DNA of 52,929 nucleotides, from contig NW_021835091.1 in assembly GCF_006345805.1 (NCBI RefSeq), positions 1-52,929 on the forward strand. Reading direction: 5' to 3'. Positions 36,593 to 50,689 of the stretch are shown piece by piece. The notes beneath the pieces were generated by a model that saw nothing but the letters and a program-made list of their open reading frames with translations, had not been told where the DNA came from and searched no databases. Source of the DNA: Octopus sinensis (lineage: Eukaryota). Made by a program: the position numbers and the translations under genes. Each line of letters opens with the position of its first letter. Position 1 is the stretch's first letter.

Positions 36593-37507
36593 TGCACTCC
36601 AGTAGCTTAGAGACGAGGGCTTCCAGTTAGCTGTGGGCCTCACACAGTATTTAATTGTTTTGTATGCGTGTGTGTGTGGTGTGTGTGTGTATGTGTAGCC
36701 GATAGAGTAATATAGTACAGACACGAAACTTATTGAAGCCATATTTTATGTTAAACAGGTTCTTTTATCTCACCCAAACTTAAATGTTATGAGCCAGCTC
36801 AGGCTTCGGGCGGAAACCGAACCTTCAACCCTTCTATCCATATATTTTCTGCTTTTGTCTGAGACAAGTTACACATTCATATATTTGTTTCTTTGTTCTT
36901 TTTTCTTTTTGTGTATTATTTATTTCTTAGTTGCCCCACACACGTAAGTCGATGAAACAGGCAATCTTTCATTTTTCTTTTCCTTTTAGAGTACGAGTAT
37001 GTATGCATGTGTGTGTGTATGTAAAAGTACACATACACACACACACAAAAGATGTAGAGTGGGTTATGCATTTTATTTAAGTTTGAAATTACACACTCTG
37101 CGACTATTAGTTTCCTGTTTTACCGATTTTCCCAGCAATCAATGAAATAGATGAGACAATTTTGTATTTACGAGATAAATAACAAAATCCGCTCAATGGG
37201 CATGTTAAGACGATATAAAACTTTTTGAAGCGGAATCTTATTCTACAAAGCTATCGTTAGCTTGCTTGTCTTTTATTTATGACAAAAGTAGCCAAATTTT
37301 TGTTCACCTCGACTGAAGAAATTTTTATTTTTTAATTTTTGTTTATCTTTATTTATTTGAAAGGTAGGTTGTTGAGTTGCATGACTGTCGGGTATTTCAA
37401 AACATTTTAAGAAATGTTTTGATTTGAGGCGATAAAAACGCCAATTTTTTAAACGTTTGTTCAGGGTATAAATAACCAACCCATCGTACTCTGCTTCTAA
37501 AGTTTGG

Positions 37508-38026
37508 GGATCTTTTCGGTTTGAACGGCAGTTTTTTCTAGCGGTGTCATATGAAATTGTCACCCATAATTATGACTCTAGAATCGATCTATTGCATTTC
37601 AATCTCTTTTAGGGTTAGGGTTAGGGTTAGGTAACTAAAAAAATTTTTAACTTCGTATACTGGTAGAATGTGTTTATAAAACATATTTTTCTCTTGGCTT
37701 TATTGAGAAAATTCTATAGTTTGTAAGACATTTGTTGTTTTTTTCTTCTTCAATTTCTGCAATTTCAACCAATCGATGAAGTCCATTGAGTTAAAAGGCA
37801 TTCTTCGCCGTATGAATATGTCCCTCGTTTAAGAAACAGATTGGGTTTATTTACATTTGTGAAGAAAAAAAAAGATACCCTTCCCCCACCCCTAACCCTA
37901 ACTAGCCCTAACTAACTCTAACCCTAAAACAGATTGAAAGGCAATAGATCGATACTAGGGTCATAATTATGGGTGACAATTTCATATGACAGTTAGAAAA
38001 AACTGCCGTTCAAACCGAAAAGATCC
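37508..38026. mobile_element. Chimeric MITE A with two right ends
   Basis: 37508-37631 is an inverted right end; it joins at TAGG to the body and normal right end. No TSD (AAGTTTGG vs TATAAATG). Confidence 0.85.
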
Positions 38027-38960
38027 TATAAATGCATGTATATTTCTATCTATATATCTAGAGCTACGTCTTTCTTACTGTCTCTTCCCTCTCTCTCTCT
38101 CTCTCTTTTTCTCTCTCTCTCTCTCACTCACTCAATCACACACACGTATACACACACACACGTACACACACACGCATACACACACGCATACGCTCAGCAC
38201 AACACACTCGTACACGAGCACACGTACGTACATAGTCACTCTGTTTCTTTTTATCCCTCTCTCTCCTTCTCATTCTCTCTCCCTCTCATTCTCTCTCTCA
38301 CTCACGTACACACTCACACTCAGCTCAACACACAGATACATAAACACACGTAAATACTCACATCTCTTTCTCTCTTTTTCTCCCTCATTTTCTCTTTTTC
38401 TCTCTCTTTCTCTCTCTCTCTCTCTCATTAAACGAAAATTCGGACACCCGTAATAAACTCTTCCGTTGAATGAATTATTTATCTATTTATTATTTATTAT
38501 TTTATATCCCAAATACCAATTGGTTATCATCATTCATTTGAAATAGGATAGTTGGATAACATAGCTCAAGTCCCTAACCCTTACCATTCACCCCCTTTCA
38601 AAGTTACACCCCACCCAACACAACTATTTCCCTCCACATCACCCTACACTATAATATAACCACCCTCTGAGGGAATCAAATATCCTATTTTCTACAATGA
38701 TATCCAATTAATGGTTATTCTAACACCTACGACACCTTTTCCTCCCTTCCGTTTCGACATAACCAAAAGAGAATTCGAAAAGAAATTTCACTGAACCAGA
38801 CGACACTATAAACAATAGCGTCTTAAACTGCCATCATCTCCTCTTTCTTTTTCTACCCCTCCTCCTTCCTCTAGCTTTCTATTCAGCTCTAACGTTTCTG
38901 AAGTGGTATGAAACTTATACAACATTTCTCATCCGCTCCTCCACACTCTTTCCCTCTCAA

Positions 38961-39704
<744 letters not shown>

Positions 39705-39712
<8 letters not shown>

Positions 39713-39850
39713 GCAAGATTTTTTATGTGAAGTCGTGTGTTGAAACAGATATTGTTGTATTTCGGAATGGTCATTTTGCCAGTCTAGCCAATAAAAACAC
39801 ACGCACTATATATTTGGTGTTATTTTGCTTCAGTGTTATTTATTTTTTAC
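39705..39850 (+). repeat. Dispersed repeat; related copy at 42655-42765 and inverted partial copy at 42808-42878
   Basis: gcaagatt..tgtga..tgaaacagatattgtt.tattt.gg.atgg..attttgccagt..aacacac.cactatatattt is shared. Confidence 0.7.
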
Positions 39851-40340
39851 ATTAATCTTAATCTTATTTCGGCCAGAGTTCTTTCGTCACACTTTGTAAG
39901 GGAAACGGCAAGAAGCATAGGAGAGCGGGTAATGACATGGTCTCTAAGGCTGGATGCCCTTTACGCCAACTACTTTACTTTATGTGTACTGAGTGCTTTT
40001 GTCGTTCCACCGTGCAACTTGCAAGTCTTCGAAAACCGAGAGAAGGGGCTTTATGCCGGCAGATGAGGGTTAAAGGCGCTAAATGGTTACTCATATTCAG
40101 CAGAAAGTTAGAAATGAATTAGTAATAACTGTGAGCAGATAAATAATGGTGATGCAGTGTCCATGCGGCACCTCAAGGTATGATGTGAGTAGAAGTGTGT
40201 GAGGTCAGAGAAACAAGGGCGTTTGCAAAAGTGTTTAGGGGGGAGGGGGACGGAAATTTGGGAGAACGGAGGTAAAGGGCTGCAAAAAGAGAGCAATAAC
40301 AGACAGTAATATACATATATATATAAATATATACATCATA

Positions 40341-40941
40341 TCTATAAAAGGGAGAATGTGTGTGCGTGTGTGCGTGTGTGTGTGTGTGTGTGTCCGTGAT
40401 GGTAATTTAAGCACATCCACAAATTAGCACGCATGTCGCTCAAATTTTAGGAGGACATTTGTCAACTTATTTTTTTTCCCGAGGCACCCGCAGATAGGGT
40501 AAAAATCTATTTTCAACCATTTTCAACCATAGCTTTTAACCATAACAAATATCAGCCATTGCTTTTTGATGGCGTCTAACAAAAAACAAATAAGTATGAC
40601 AATTGAAGGTGATTTCAGTGACAAAGAACTACCTGGTTTTTAACAATTTTAACAGTGAGAACATCGGATAAAACATATTATTGACATTTATAGTTTGTAC
40701 CACAGCTAATTACTATTGAGAACTGTATAAACCATGTTTCATTTTAATTTGAGATTTAAAAGGCATACTTAAATTTCATTATTTTCAATAACCTTGGAAA
40801 GGTTGGGTTATTAACGTATAAAGTTGGTATCTCAGCTACTAGGAAGTAAGACCTGAGTAATCTATATTTCATGTAAGAGATCTAAAAGGCATTTTTAAAT
40901 TTCCTTATTTTCTTTAACCCGGGCAACGCCGGGTATTTCTG

Positions 40942-40945
<4 letters not shown>
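40341..40945 (+). mobile_element. Non-autonomous Helitron (second family)
   Basis: A|TCTATAAAAG followed by (GT)n; 3' hairpin CCCGGGCAACGCCGGG then CTAA|T; subterminal imperfect direct repeat (aaaaggcat..ttaaatttc.ttattttc). Confidence 0.75.
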
Positions 40946-40999
<54 letters not shown>

Positions 41000-41416
41000 G
41001 TTACCTTCGAATACACAGGGACACATTTCACATATTCACACAAACATGTACTAAAGTAACATACACGCAGCATGATAAAACTAATATAACATCCTACCTT
41101 CCTCATTGAATAAATACATGTACACAGATATATATTTACATATGTATATACATTCGCATATATGTTTACATGACTGTAGTATACCGCATATATACATCCA
41201 TAAGAATGCATATGTTCTTATATATTCAGTAACACACTCTCTCTTCCTCCTTCTAACTTTCTCTGTCTCTCTGTCTATCTCACACTCTGACCCTGTCTTT
41301 CTCTGTCTCTGTCTTTCTCTCTCACACACTCTCTTTCTCTCTCCAACACTCTCTCTCTTTCTCTCTCACTCTTTCTCTCTCTTTCTCTTTCACTCTCTCT
41401 CTTTCTCTCCTTCCCA

Positions 41417-41451
<35 letters not shown>

Positions 41452-41689
41452 CTGAATGCAATATAATTCCAAACTCCCTCAAATACACAAATAAACATGC
41501 ACTGTCATGTATACACAGTTGCAATGCACATACATACATGCATGCATACATACACTCACGCAAACATACATACATACATACATACATACATACATACATA
41601 CATACATACATACATACATACATACATACATACATACAAGCGACGTAACAAGGAACTTTCTGTGATTAGTTTGACCAGCTACAAATAAC

Positions 41690-42115
41690 TACCAAATTCT
41701 TCTTCAAATCACAAAGAAAGATAGACACAATCCCTGATGAAGTTTCAAAAAAGAGCGATAGACAACATAGGAAGGGGAGGCTCATGAGAGGAAGCTTACC
41801 AAATACCAGGAGCTGGTAAAGAATTGCTGAAATCAGGGCTGGCAGGCATGTTGAGAGGTAACTGAAGTGATCTGCCGAGGTTTTGTTGGAGATTCATTCT
41901 GCAAAGCTCTGACTGGGCTTAGAGTCACTTGCACAACAAAATGGAGACCAGAAGACCACAATATGGCTTTAGACAAAGAGGGTAGAGAAGTGGTTTGCGG
42001 CTGATGAGTAGCAAGCTAGGACTTGATTAACCCCGCTTAGGTCAGCTGGGTCTCATGTTCAAACTCTCTGAAATCCCTGAAACATCACGACTGATTCATC
42101 TCAGAACATCAGCGA
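41690..42115 (+). mobile_element. 3' fragment of a HERO-like RLE non-LTR retrotransposon
   Basis: EAHERKLTKYQELV..C*NQGWQA..EVICRGFVG..KALTGL; 3' UTR gattaaccccgcttaggtcagctgggt resembles recalled HERO 3' UTRs. Confidence 0.65.
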
Positions 42116-42121
42116 AATATA

Positions 42122-42609
42122 CAGTAATCCCTTGCCATATCGCGACTCACCTATCGCGCAATCAGTACATCGCGGATTTTTCTGGCTAATATATGTAAAT
42201 TTTTATCGCGGACTCTTCAGTGTATCGCGGGTTTCTTCGGCCAATAGGTATTTATATTTTTTATATTTTAATTATTTCAGTGGGAAAATAAGCATTTTCA
42301 CGTCTAAAAATTAATAAATTAAAAAATAAAAATAGAGTACAGTTCTGCACTGTATAACACATTAATTAAAATTTATTAAAAGAAAATGCGTAGTGTACCG
42401 TAGATGAGTAAACAAAGAATGGCACATACTGTATGGAAAACGAAACTCGGGAGGCGAGTATTGTTTTGCATCTATAATAAAATAGATATATACAAATACT
42501 AAAAATCATTTAAAAATTTATACAGTACAGTACTGTTTCTACTTCGGGGATTTTCACCTGTCGCGGGAGGTTTTGGAACGTAATACTCGCAATAGTCGAG
42601 GGATTACTG
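42122..42609. mobile_element. pogo/Tigger-like MITE (488 bp)
   Basis: TA|CAGTAATCCCTTGCCATATCGCG ... CGCAATAGTCGAGGGATTACTG|TA. Confidence 0.85.
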
Positions 42610-42768
42610 TATCTTAAAACTAAATCTAAAGATAGTTGTTACGTTTATTAATTTGCTTTGCAAGATTCTTGGTGTGAAATCGGTGCTGAAACAGATATTG
42701 TTATATTTTGGGATGGCTATATTTTGCCAGTTAAACACACACACTATATATTTTGTCTCTTTGATTAA

Positions 42769-42809
<41 letters not shown>

Positions 42810-42899
42810 GTGAAGACCAGATATATAGTACGTGTGTTAACTGGCAAAATATGACCGTCCCCAAATATAACAATATAAATATAGTTGGCTTGACTGTTT

Positions 42900-43235
42900 G
42901 TAGCCTCCTTACTGATAAGTAGGGTGTTACATATCCACAACGCTTCCTTTTTTAGCCGTCACATATCTTCTCGCATTGTCATATTACGGACTCTTTGTTC
43001 TTCTCATTTTGTTAATTACACTATCGCCTCCACCGAGGTCCACCTGGTAGTCCTGTCTTCCCCCTTCTTGTTACTCATACTATGTCTTATTCACGCCGTA
43101 TTCGGACATGCACTAAACACTTCAACCAATCCTTCCTTGTCAGATTGCCACCCTTCTGGAATGTTCTACCAGTTTATGCCTTTTCTACTAGCAGTTATCC
43201 ATGATAAATCTCAGCCGCATAATAATTTCACTATC
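42900..43235 (+). mobile_element. CR1/L2-type LINE 3' remnant
   Basis: RTCTKHFNQSFLVRLPPFWNVLPVYAFST resembles the SFF.R...WN.LP C-terminal motif. Confidence 0.5.
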
Positions 43236-43818
43236 TGCAGAAACCTGGCAAAGGATATGCCAAGGGAACAGGCATATTCCGTGTCTAAACATAAAAAAAG
43301 CGTTGTAAAATTATTATAAGTGACGTTGTGGATTCGATCCTAGTGTGTAGCTCCTTCGTAGCCATACTTTTCCATTGTAGCCGCAGCCTGGACAGGACTT
43401 TTGAGTGAAATTTTATAGACAGAAACTGTATGGAAGTTCTCGTCACATATATACATATTGTTGGTCATAAGAATTTATAGAATCTCGAGAGAACGTGAAA
43501 TAACTCTTTTTTTTGGAACAGTGAATCTCGAAGCATATAAAACTATAAATAATATGTAAGCATTGAACAGAAAAAATCCCTTTCGATAGAAAAGGTCGGA
43601 GGCAGTCCATAAGACTCGAACCCACGTTTCATTCAGGCGTTACAGGTATTCTATCATTCTCGCTGATAAGAATAAAGGTTCTAAAATGAATAAAGTAATT
43701 GGAAGAATTGCTTTGGTCCAATGATAGAACGCCTTCGATGCCTACGGATGTAAGTTCGAGTTCAACAGACGACTGTCTCCATCCAAAAGGGGGTTTCAAC
43801 CCAATATTTACATACTAC

Positions 43819-44230
43819 AGATCTTTTTGGTTTGAACGGCAGTTTTTAACATAATTTCTAGGTAACTAAAAAATTTTTAACTCCGTATATTGGTAGAATG
43901 TGTTTATAAAACATATTTTTCTCTTGGCTTTATTGAGAAAATTCTATAGTTTGTAAGACATTTGTTGTTTTTTTCTTCTTCAATTTCTGCAATTTCAACC
44001 AATCGATGAAGTCCATTGAGTTAAAAGGCATTCTTTGCCGTATGAATATGTCCCTCGTTTAAGAAACAGATTGGGTTTATTTACATTTGTGAAGAAAACA
44101 AGATACTCTTCCCCCACCCCTAACCTTAAAAGAAATTGAAATGCAATAGATTGATTCTAGGGTCATAATTATGGGTGACAATTTCATATGTCACCGCTAG
44201 AAAAAACTGCCGTTCAAACCGAAAAGATCC
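43819..44230 (+). mobile_element. MITE family A copy
   Basis: TIRs present (first base G>A); TSD CATACTAC / CATACTAT (7 of 8); short ccctaa remnant. Confidence 0.88.
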
Positions 44231-44332
44231 CATACTATTTTTTATATCTTCATGTACTTCAAAATCCATCATTCCAAAAGAAAATTCTATATGTGTATTT
44301 TTCTGCTTGCCATCATTTTTCCGTATATACAT

Positions 44333-44980
44333 TGTAACGGGTAGTTCTTCGTTGCAGATGAGGGTCACCAACTGTAACGATTGTTATTAAGGTGTTGGTT
44401 GCCAGTATGCAAGATAGAACAAGAACAGTGATCAAGGTTGTAAAGAAATATTTATTTACCGTTACTTTGATATATATACCATACCACTACGGGTAGGCTA
44501 ATATAATAGTATAACACAATTCGTAAAGTATGCAAGGTAAAGAAAGTTAATTTTGGCCTGTATATGTGAGTACACGATCTCATAGTAGTATGTAGTGAAG
44601 TAAGATAATATTACAGAGAAAAGAAAGTGAGCTCATGAAAGCGAGAGAGTATGGGACGAGGCAGGTTCTACATTGGTTAATTCCATAGTTGTCACTCTGT
44701 GAAGTTACCTCAGTCGAGACAGCATTTCGCTTGAGCCGGTCAGCCACTTCTCTGTCAGTCGCTCTCACTGACTAACATTGGTTTACGTAGTTCTTGTTTT
44801 TATAACTGTCCAAAACCAGCCAGAAGGATAGACATATTGTTGAGAACAATAGATTTCGTTGGCGGCCTGTTATCTCTATTCTAGCTTTTGGTGGCCTAGA
44901 AGTGGTTAGACGCGTCAAGTGGCAAAGACATTATTCTGCTTAGTGAAGACATCTAGCAAACGTAACTGCTCTCAATCACA
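44333..44980. mobile_element. Possible LTR-like sequence
   Basis: Begins TGTAAC; TTTATT at ~44453. No matching terminus or TSD found; right boundary is a guess. Confidence 0.2.
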
Positions 44981-45488
44981 GAAAAACTATTGTTTTACCG
45001 TGGAAAAAGTGCTGTTGAACTGCTAAGTGAAATTTGGCTATCGAAGATCGAATCCACGCTATGCCTGCATGAACCACTATATAACTCCCCCGTCCAGAGA
45101 AGTTCCGAGAAAAGGAAACGAACGATCGAGAAAGAGAAAGAAATGCATGGCCGAGGAAAAATTTTGCATATCAGGAGAGAGGATCATTGAAGTGTAGACG
45201 CGATAGAGATTCATTCAAGTGAGTCTGAACAGCGGTGTCGCTTTGCATGCCACAATATGCAGTCAGTGACTGGGCAGTATTCGGAATTAGATTTCGTGTT
45301 TTTTTATCTTTTTTTTGGGTCGGATTCATTTTTAGTATTCTCGTTTGTGAGAGCAGTCGAATTTATTTCAGATATTCTCATTTTAAAAATTATCTCTGGC
45401 TAATCATTGCGAGAACGTTGGCGTTGCCTTGGCGGAGGTTTGCGCTCTCTGAGTGCTGCTCTTCTTCTTCTTCTCTTCTTCATCTTCT

Positions 45489-48400
45489 TGCACAGCTTCT
45501 AACGCTGGAGATGTATTACGGTTACCAGTGAACTAAAGTAACACTCCTCATTTTTCGAGCACCTTCCGGAGTATTCAAGCAGTTCCAAGCTGTGCTGTTT
45601 TCTGCAAGTGCTCCACCCTTATTTCAGTCCCTATTTGTTCCATGTACTTCTCAAGATTTTTACTCACTGTTCCCAGGGCTCCGGCAATTATTGGTGCTAC
45701 TACCACCTTTTTCATCGACCACAACTACTTAACCTCCCAAGCTAACCTGTTATATCTATCGACTTTTCTTTCTTCCTTATCGCATACCTTGTTTTCAGCT
45801 AGGCATACTATATCTATGATCCAGCATTGTTTGATTTCTTTCTCAATTAAGACTATTCTGGCTTCCTATTCTCTATCTCATGGTCAAGTCCATACTTGTT
45901 GCAAAGTGTCCAATGGACAAGTCTAGCTATATTGTCGTGGCGTCTCTTATATTCTTTCTGGGTTAATGGGTACATTGACTGGTAATATGCCATTGAGTTA
46001 CACGATTTTGTCCACAAATTTTGCACTTATCACTTTCTGGTGTGTTGTCTATGCTGTATTTGATGTAATTGGTTCTTGATACTTGCTCTTAAGCAGTACA
46101 GATTAGAGCCTCCGTTTCCGGTTTTAAATCACTTTTCGTCATCCAGTCATCTTTTTTTCTCTGTCTGTCTTATCTTCAACATCCCTAAGAAATTGTCCAT
46201 GCATTCTTTTCTTTACCCACCTATGTTCAGTTTCATTCGTTTTCAATTGCTTGTACAGTGCTTTATCTTTGCAATCTTCCATCCTACACAAGCCTGGCCT
46301 TCTTACTTCCAATAATACTGGCTCTGTGGCATTTTTTACATACCATACTATGTTGTTTCCTTCTGCTCTAATGCCGTGTTCGCATCCAATCAGTCCTCTT
46401 CTCCTCTTTTTCTTGGTACATACAGTCTGTCTGTGTCTCTTTTTGGGTGGAGTATCCCATATCTAATCAGCAACTTCCTTTTCTTTCTGTCTAAGCTGTT
46501 TGGTTCGTCAACTGTCCATGTGATTACCCCTGCTCCATATCTAAGTAGTGAAACCGCCCAGGTGTTGATAGCTTCGATCTTATTCCGTCCGTTTAATTTC
46601 GACTTAAGGATCAGTCTCAGTCTGTGCACGTACTCCACCTTAAATTTTTCTGTCATTTCTTTCTCCATCAATTTATACATTTCCAAACTCCCCAAGTACT
46701 TATAGCCCGTCTCTTCTATCTGCTTCATAACCTCCCCCGACTGTATCGTTAGCCCGTCCATACATTTGATTTTGCCCCTCTTCAAGACTAACACATCACA
46801 CTTTCTCAGTCCGAACTCCATTCTGATATCAGAACTGAAAGTATACACCGTATCAACGAGAGAACTGACTTGGGATTCATCTTCACCATAAAGTTTGAGG
46901 TCATCCATGAATAACAAGTGGTTGACTTTTTGTTGGTGGTTCTTGAATACATACCCAGCCTTCGCATTCCTCAGAATCAGTGTTAGTGGTATCAAGCACA
47001 GTACAAAGATCAGTGGGGACAGGCAGACCCCTTGGAAGATGCCCCTCTTGATTTCTACTGTCCATAAAATTCTTCTTCCGTACGCTGTTAGGTCCGTCCT
47101 CCAATTCGCCATACCTTTTCCAAGTAATCGCTCAATATTCGATGCAATACCAAATAGCTTCATACATTCCATAATCCAAGAATGCGGGATCATATCGTAC
47201 GCCTTACGATAGTCGATCCATGACATAGCTAAGTTACCTTTCATCCTCTTGCAGTCTCTAAGTACAATTTTGTCTACCAGGAGTTGATCCTTGGTACCTC
47301 TGCACTTACGCTTGCAACTCTTCTGCTCATGTGGCAGGTCTCCATTTTTTCCCCCAGATGTTCGTACATTGACTCTGCGAGTATTCCAGTCAATAATTTC
47401 CACATAAGTGGCAAACAGGATATCGGCCTGTAATTGTCTACCATATTACCATTTTCGATGTTTTTCAAGCACAGTACTGTCCTACCCAATGTCAACCACT
47501 CTGATGTTATTTGGTCGGCATTTAACATGGTGGTGAGTTGCGCAGCTTTTTGTGCATGACATTCACCAAATCTTTTGATCCAGTAGCCTTGAACTCCATC
47601 TGGTCCCGGGGCTCGTTTTTTTTGCTGATTTCCTTCACTTTCCTAACTGAAATGACTAGTTCTGCCTGTTTTGAACAGACTATTGTTTGTTTCAGTTCTT
47701 GCAACCATTCAGCATCTTTCTTGTACTCCTTGTCTTTGCTCCAGATGTCACTTAAAAACCTTTAACTTTCATTGTGATCTGGTATCAACTTTTCATCTGT
47801 ACACTCTCCATTTATTTCTTTGTAGAATCTCTTCTGATCTTATCTGAATAACCTATTCCGCTGGTAACCCTTTATTCTTTGGTTGTATCTTACAATCTTT
47901 GCTTTCTTTGCAACGAGGCGCTGTTTCAGTTCCTCCATGACCACTTTCAGGCCCTTTCTTTCAATATTATACTTCCTTTTAAGTGACCTGTATTTTTGTT
48001 CGCTTCTAAGCTCCCCTTTCTTTTTTCAGTCTAACTCAGAAATGTCCTACGGGAGCATATCTAACCCTACCTGTATTCTTCCTTTCCACCATGGATCTTT
48101 TCTTTTGTCACTCCCATTATGTTTCTTTTTCTTGACATCAAAACCCACGTTTTCTGCTACAACACTTGCTGCCTTGATCAAATTATTTGTTCCTGTGATG
48201 TTCTTTTTTCTGACGTATTTCAGAATTTCATTGATATTTTTGTGTTTCTTGGTTCAATTTTACCGATCAACCTTTTTAAGGTTGCAAATAGTGTCGCTAC
48301 CATTCTCCTGTAGTCTTGCCTTTATTCTGTCATAAATTTCCTTTTGTTCATCTGTCATGTCGCCATTAGTTTTATTGTCTTCTTTCAGATCATCTATATC

Positions 48401-48970
48401 TCTCTCATCAAGTAAGCTACCACTGCTCCTTTCCTGTGCTATGAGATTACTTTTATTAGTAAGAACTGTATTTTCATCGTTATCTCTGCTGCTATTTTCC
48501 AATACTCGTCTTTTGATAGCTTCGAGCTGTACTTCTGCGAACCAACGATTTTTTTCTTATTGCTCTAGCTTGGTCACATAATCTCTGTTCCGTGAGTTGA
48601 AACAATCCCTTTTCTCTCCAATGATCATACATACGTTGTCGGTAACCCCTAATTTGAGCGCCATTTTCATCTACAGAGTCGCTCAGGTGGTAACACTCCA
48701 TGACCACAGCATTAATTTGCTTGCTCCATCTACACCGTGTGTGCTGGTCGACAGGCTGGAGTCGGACCAGAATCTCTAAGCCTGCCGAGTACAACACTGT
48801 CACCATCAATGGCTTCAGTTTCATTACCACCGTTATTCACAATATTTTGTTTTTTCATTGTCACTCATATGAGGTAGCGATTATCAGGTTGCGCAATTAC
48901 TAGTGTTTTTATTGTGACACCATCACTAGATGTATCATTAATCAGAACATGGGGAGATTCCACCCGCTTC
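45489..48970 (-). mobile_element. Near full-length, decayed R4/Dong-clade non-LTR retrotransposon (RT plus restriction-like endonuclease)
   Basis: N-terminal RGYRQRM..W.EKG.F..TEQRLCDQAR; RT; CCHC-like WHITSQC..EYKRRHDN; RLE PDIV..WIIDIV..KE..K; C-terminal LQKTAQLGTA.ILRKVLEK* (stop 45548-45550). Many frameshifts. Confidence 0.9.
46390..47403 (-). pseudogene. Reverse transcriptase domain of the R4/Dong element
   Basis: [61 protein letters not shown]. Confidence 0.92.
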
Positions 48971-49008
48971 ATTATTATCATCACCGATTATCATCATCAT
49001 CATCATCA

Positions 49009-49066
<58 letters not shown>

Positions 49067-49083
49067 CATCATCATCGTCGTCG

Positions 49084-49116
<33 letters not shown>
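48971..49116. repeat. (CAT)n-(TAT)n-(CAT)n microsatellite at the 5' end of the R4/Dong element
   Basis: Directly visible; (TAA)n on the element strand. Confidence 0.95.
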
Positions 49117-49117
<1 letters not shown>

Positions 49118-50171
49118 TTATGGTTTCCTTTCATTATAACTTTATTTCAGCTGCTTTAGTAACGAGCATCCTCCGAAGGCCTAGACTAGCAAGGACACAT
49201 TTCTTTTGCTATGCATGCTAAAATTATCACCACATTTATTCCATTTTAGACGGGGAGTACTTTCCGTAATATATGGGCTGTATCCATCAAGGTTAACTTT
49301 TGTAGTTCTCGGGGACTGGAGTTACCAGGAAGTTTATTATTATCACCATCATCATCATCATTGTTATTATTTATTGCAATAAAACTTAGAAATGACTTTG
49401 TATTTGATTCATTATCTGAAAATTTGTTTTTCCATAACCATCGGAGCGCGAAGCGACCCTCGCGAACATAGTTCGTGAGATGGTTGTGATCTGAAAAGAG
49501 GTTTGATTAGGAACCAGAAAAGAAGAATGAACGCACGATGCATATGTGCACACTGAATTCGTAAAAAGATAAGAGTAAAAACACAATGCGCATGTCAAAT
49601 TAAATCGGAAGAGAAGAATGAAAACAACATGTGCATGCCGAACGAGTTTTATGATAGTCTACATGCCACGTCTGACACCATTTGCTGCAATTTTCTTGTT
49701 ACTTTTACAAAACTTTGTCCATCTTCAGATTTGTGTCCGAGCTGCTCGGAAACGCTGTTGTTGCCACTGGACCTACACACCTCTCAGAAAATGGGATGGT
49801 CACGGCTGTAGTGTCTTTGATCATAAATCTGTTTCATCAATGTCAACTGAGTTGATCTTAAACAAAACCCGCGCGTGCGCGCTTAAATGGCAAACACTAA
49901 TTGTCGTCTCCCGTAACATGAGAGTTCTTGTGTTTTCATTGCAGCTTTATTACAATATATTTTCCCAATTTGTCAATCTCTCTCTTTCTCTCTCCCTCTC
50001 TCTCCTCTTTCTTTCCCTCTTTCTCATCTTTCTGTTTCTCTTCTTCCCGCTGAGTCTTTGTCCCCTCTTTTCTCTGCCTACTCTTCTAAAATTTCTACCT
50101 TTTTGACCTCCTAATCTCACTATCCCATCCTCTCTTTCACTTTCTCCCCGTTACTTCTTCTCACGTCTCTT

Positions 50172-50203
<32 letters not shown>

Positions 50204-50619
50204 CTCCCTTTCTCTCTCAGTCTTGCTCTATCTTTCCTTTAACTTAATCTTCCTTTCTTCCTCTCCCTCACCCGAACGCCCTCACCACCACCACTTCTCT
50301 ATTTCTCTAATAATTTCTCTCGGGGTTTTTTTTCTCTGCTCTCTTCAAACACATCGTATCCATTGTCTTTTTTCTTTTCTTTTCCCCTTTTTTTTTTTTC
50401 AGGTCTTAGTGAATTGTAAGGGAAGGGACAGTTTCCCCTGAGCCCACCCCGGCTGCTAGAATCACAAGACATATGTTCAAACAAGGGACATCGAGCTTGT
50501 TATTTGCCGCTCGCCACTAAGGGTGGTCTTTCGGCGGCGGTCACAAGGACAACGACGCCGCAGATATGGATTTCCTTCTATCGTTTTACACATACATATG
50601 CACCTATACATACACACAC

Positions 50620-50651
50620 ACACATACATATGTACATATATAATATATATA

Positions 50652-50689
<38 letters not shown>

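Noticed and set aside
43712-43775. tRNA-like fragment (ttggtccaatgatagaac..gttcgagttc)
   Set aside because: No cloverleaf or acceptor stem; at most a SINE head remnant. The other tRNA-like heads are SINEs, not tRNA genes.
45395-45460. Helitron-like 3' end (gccttggcggaggtttgcgctctctgagtgct)
   Set aside because: It resembles a recalled repeat end, but the terminal CTAG and a 5' end are not visible, so it is not called.
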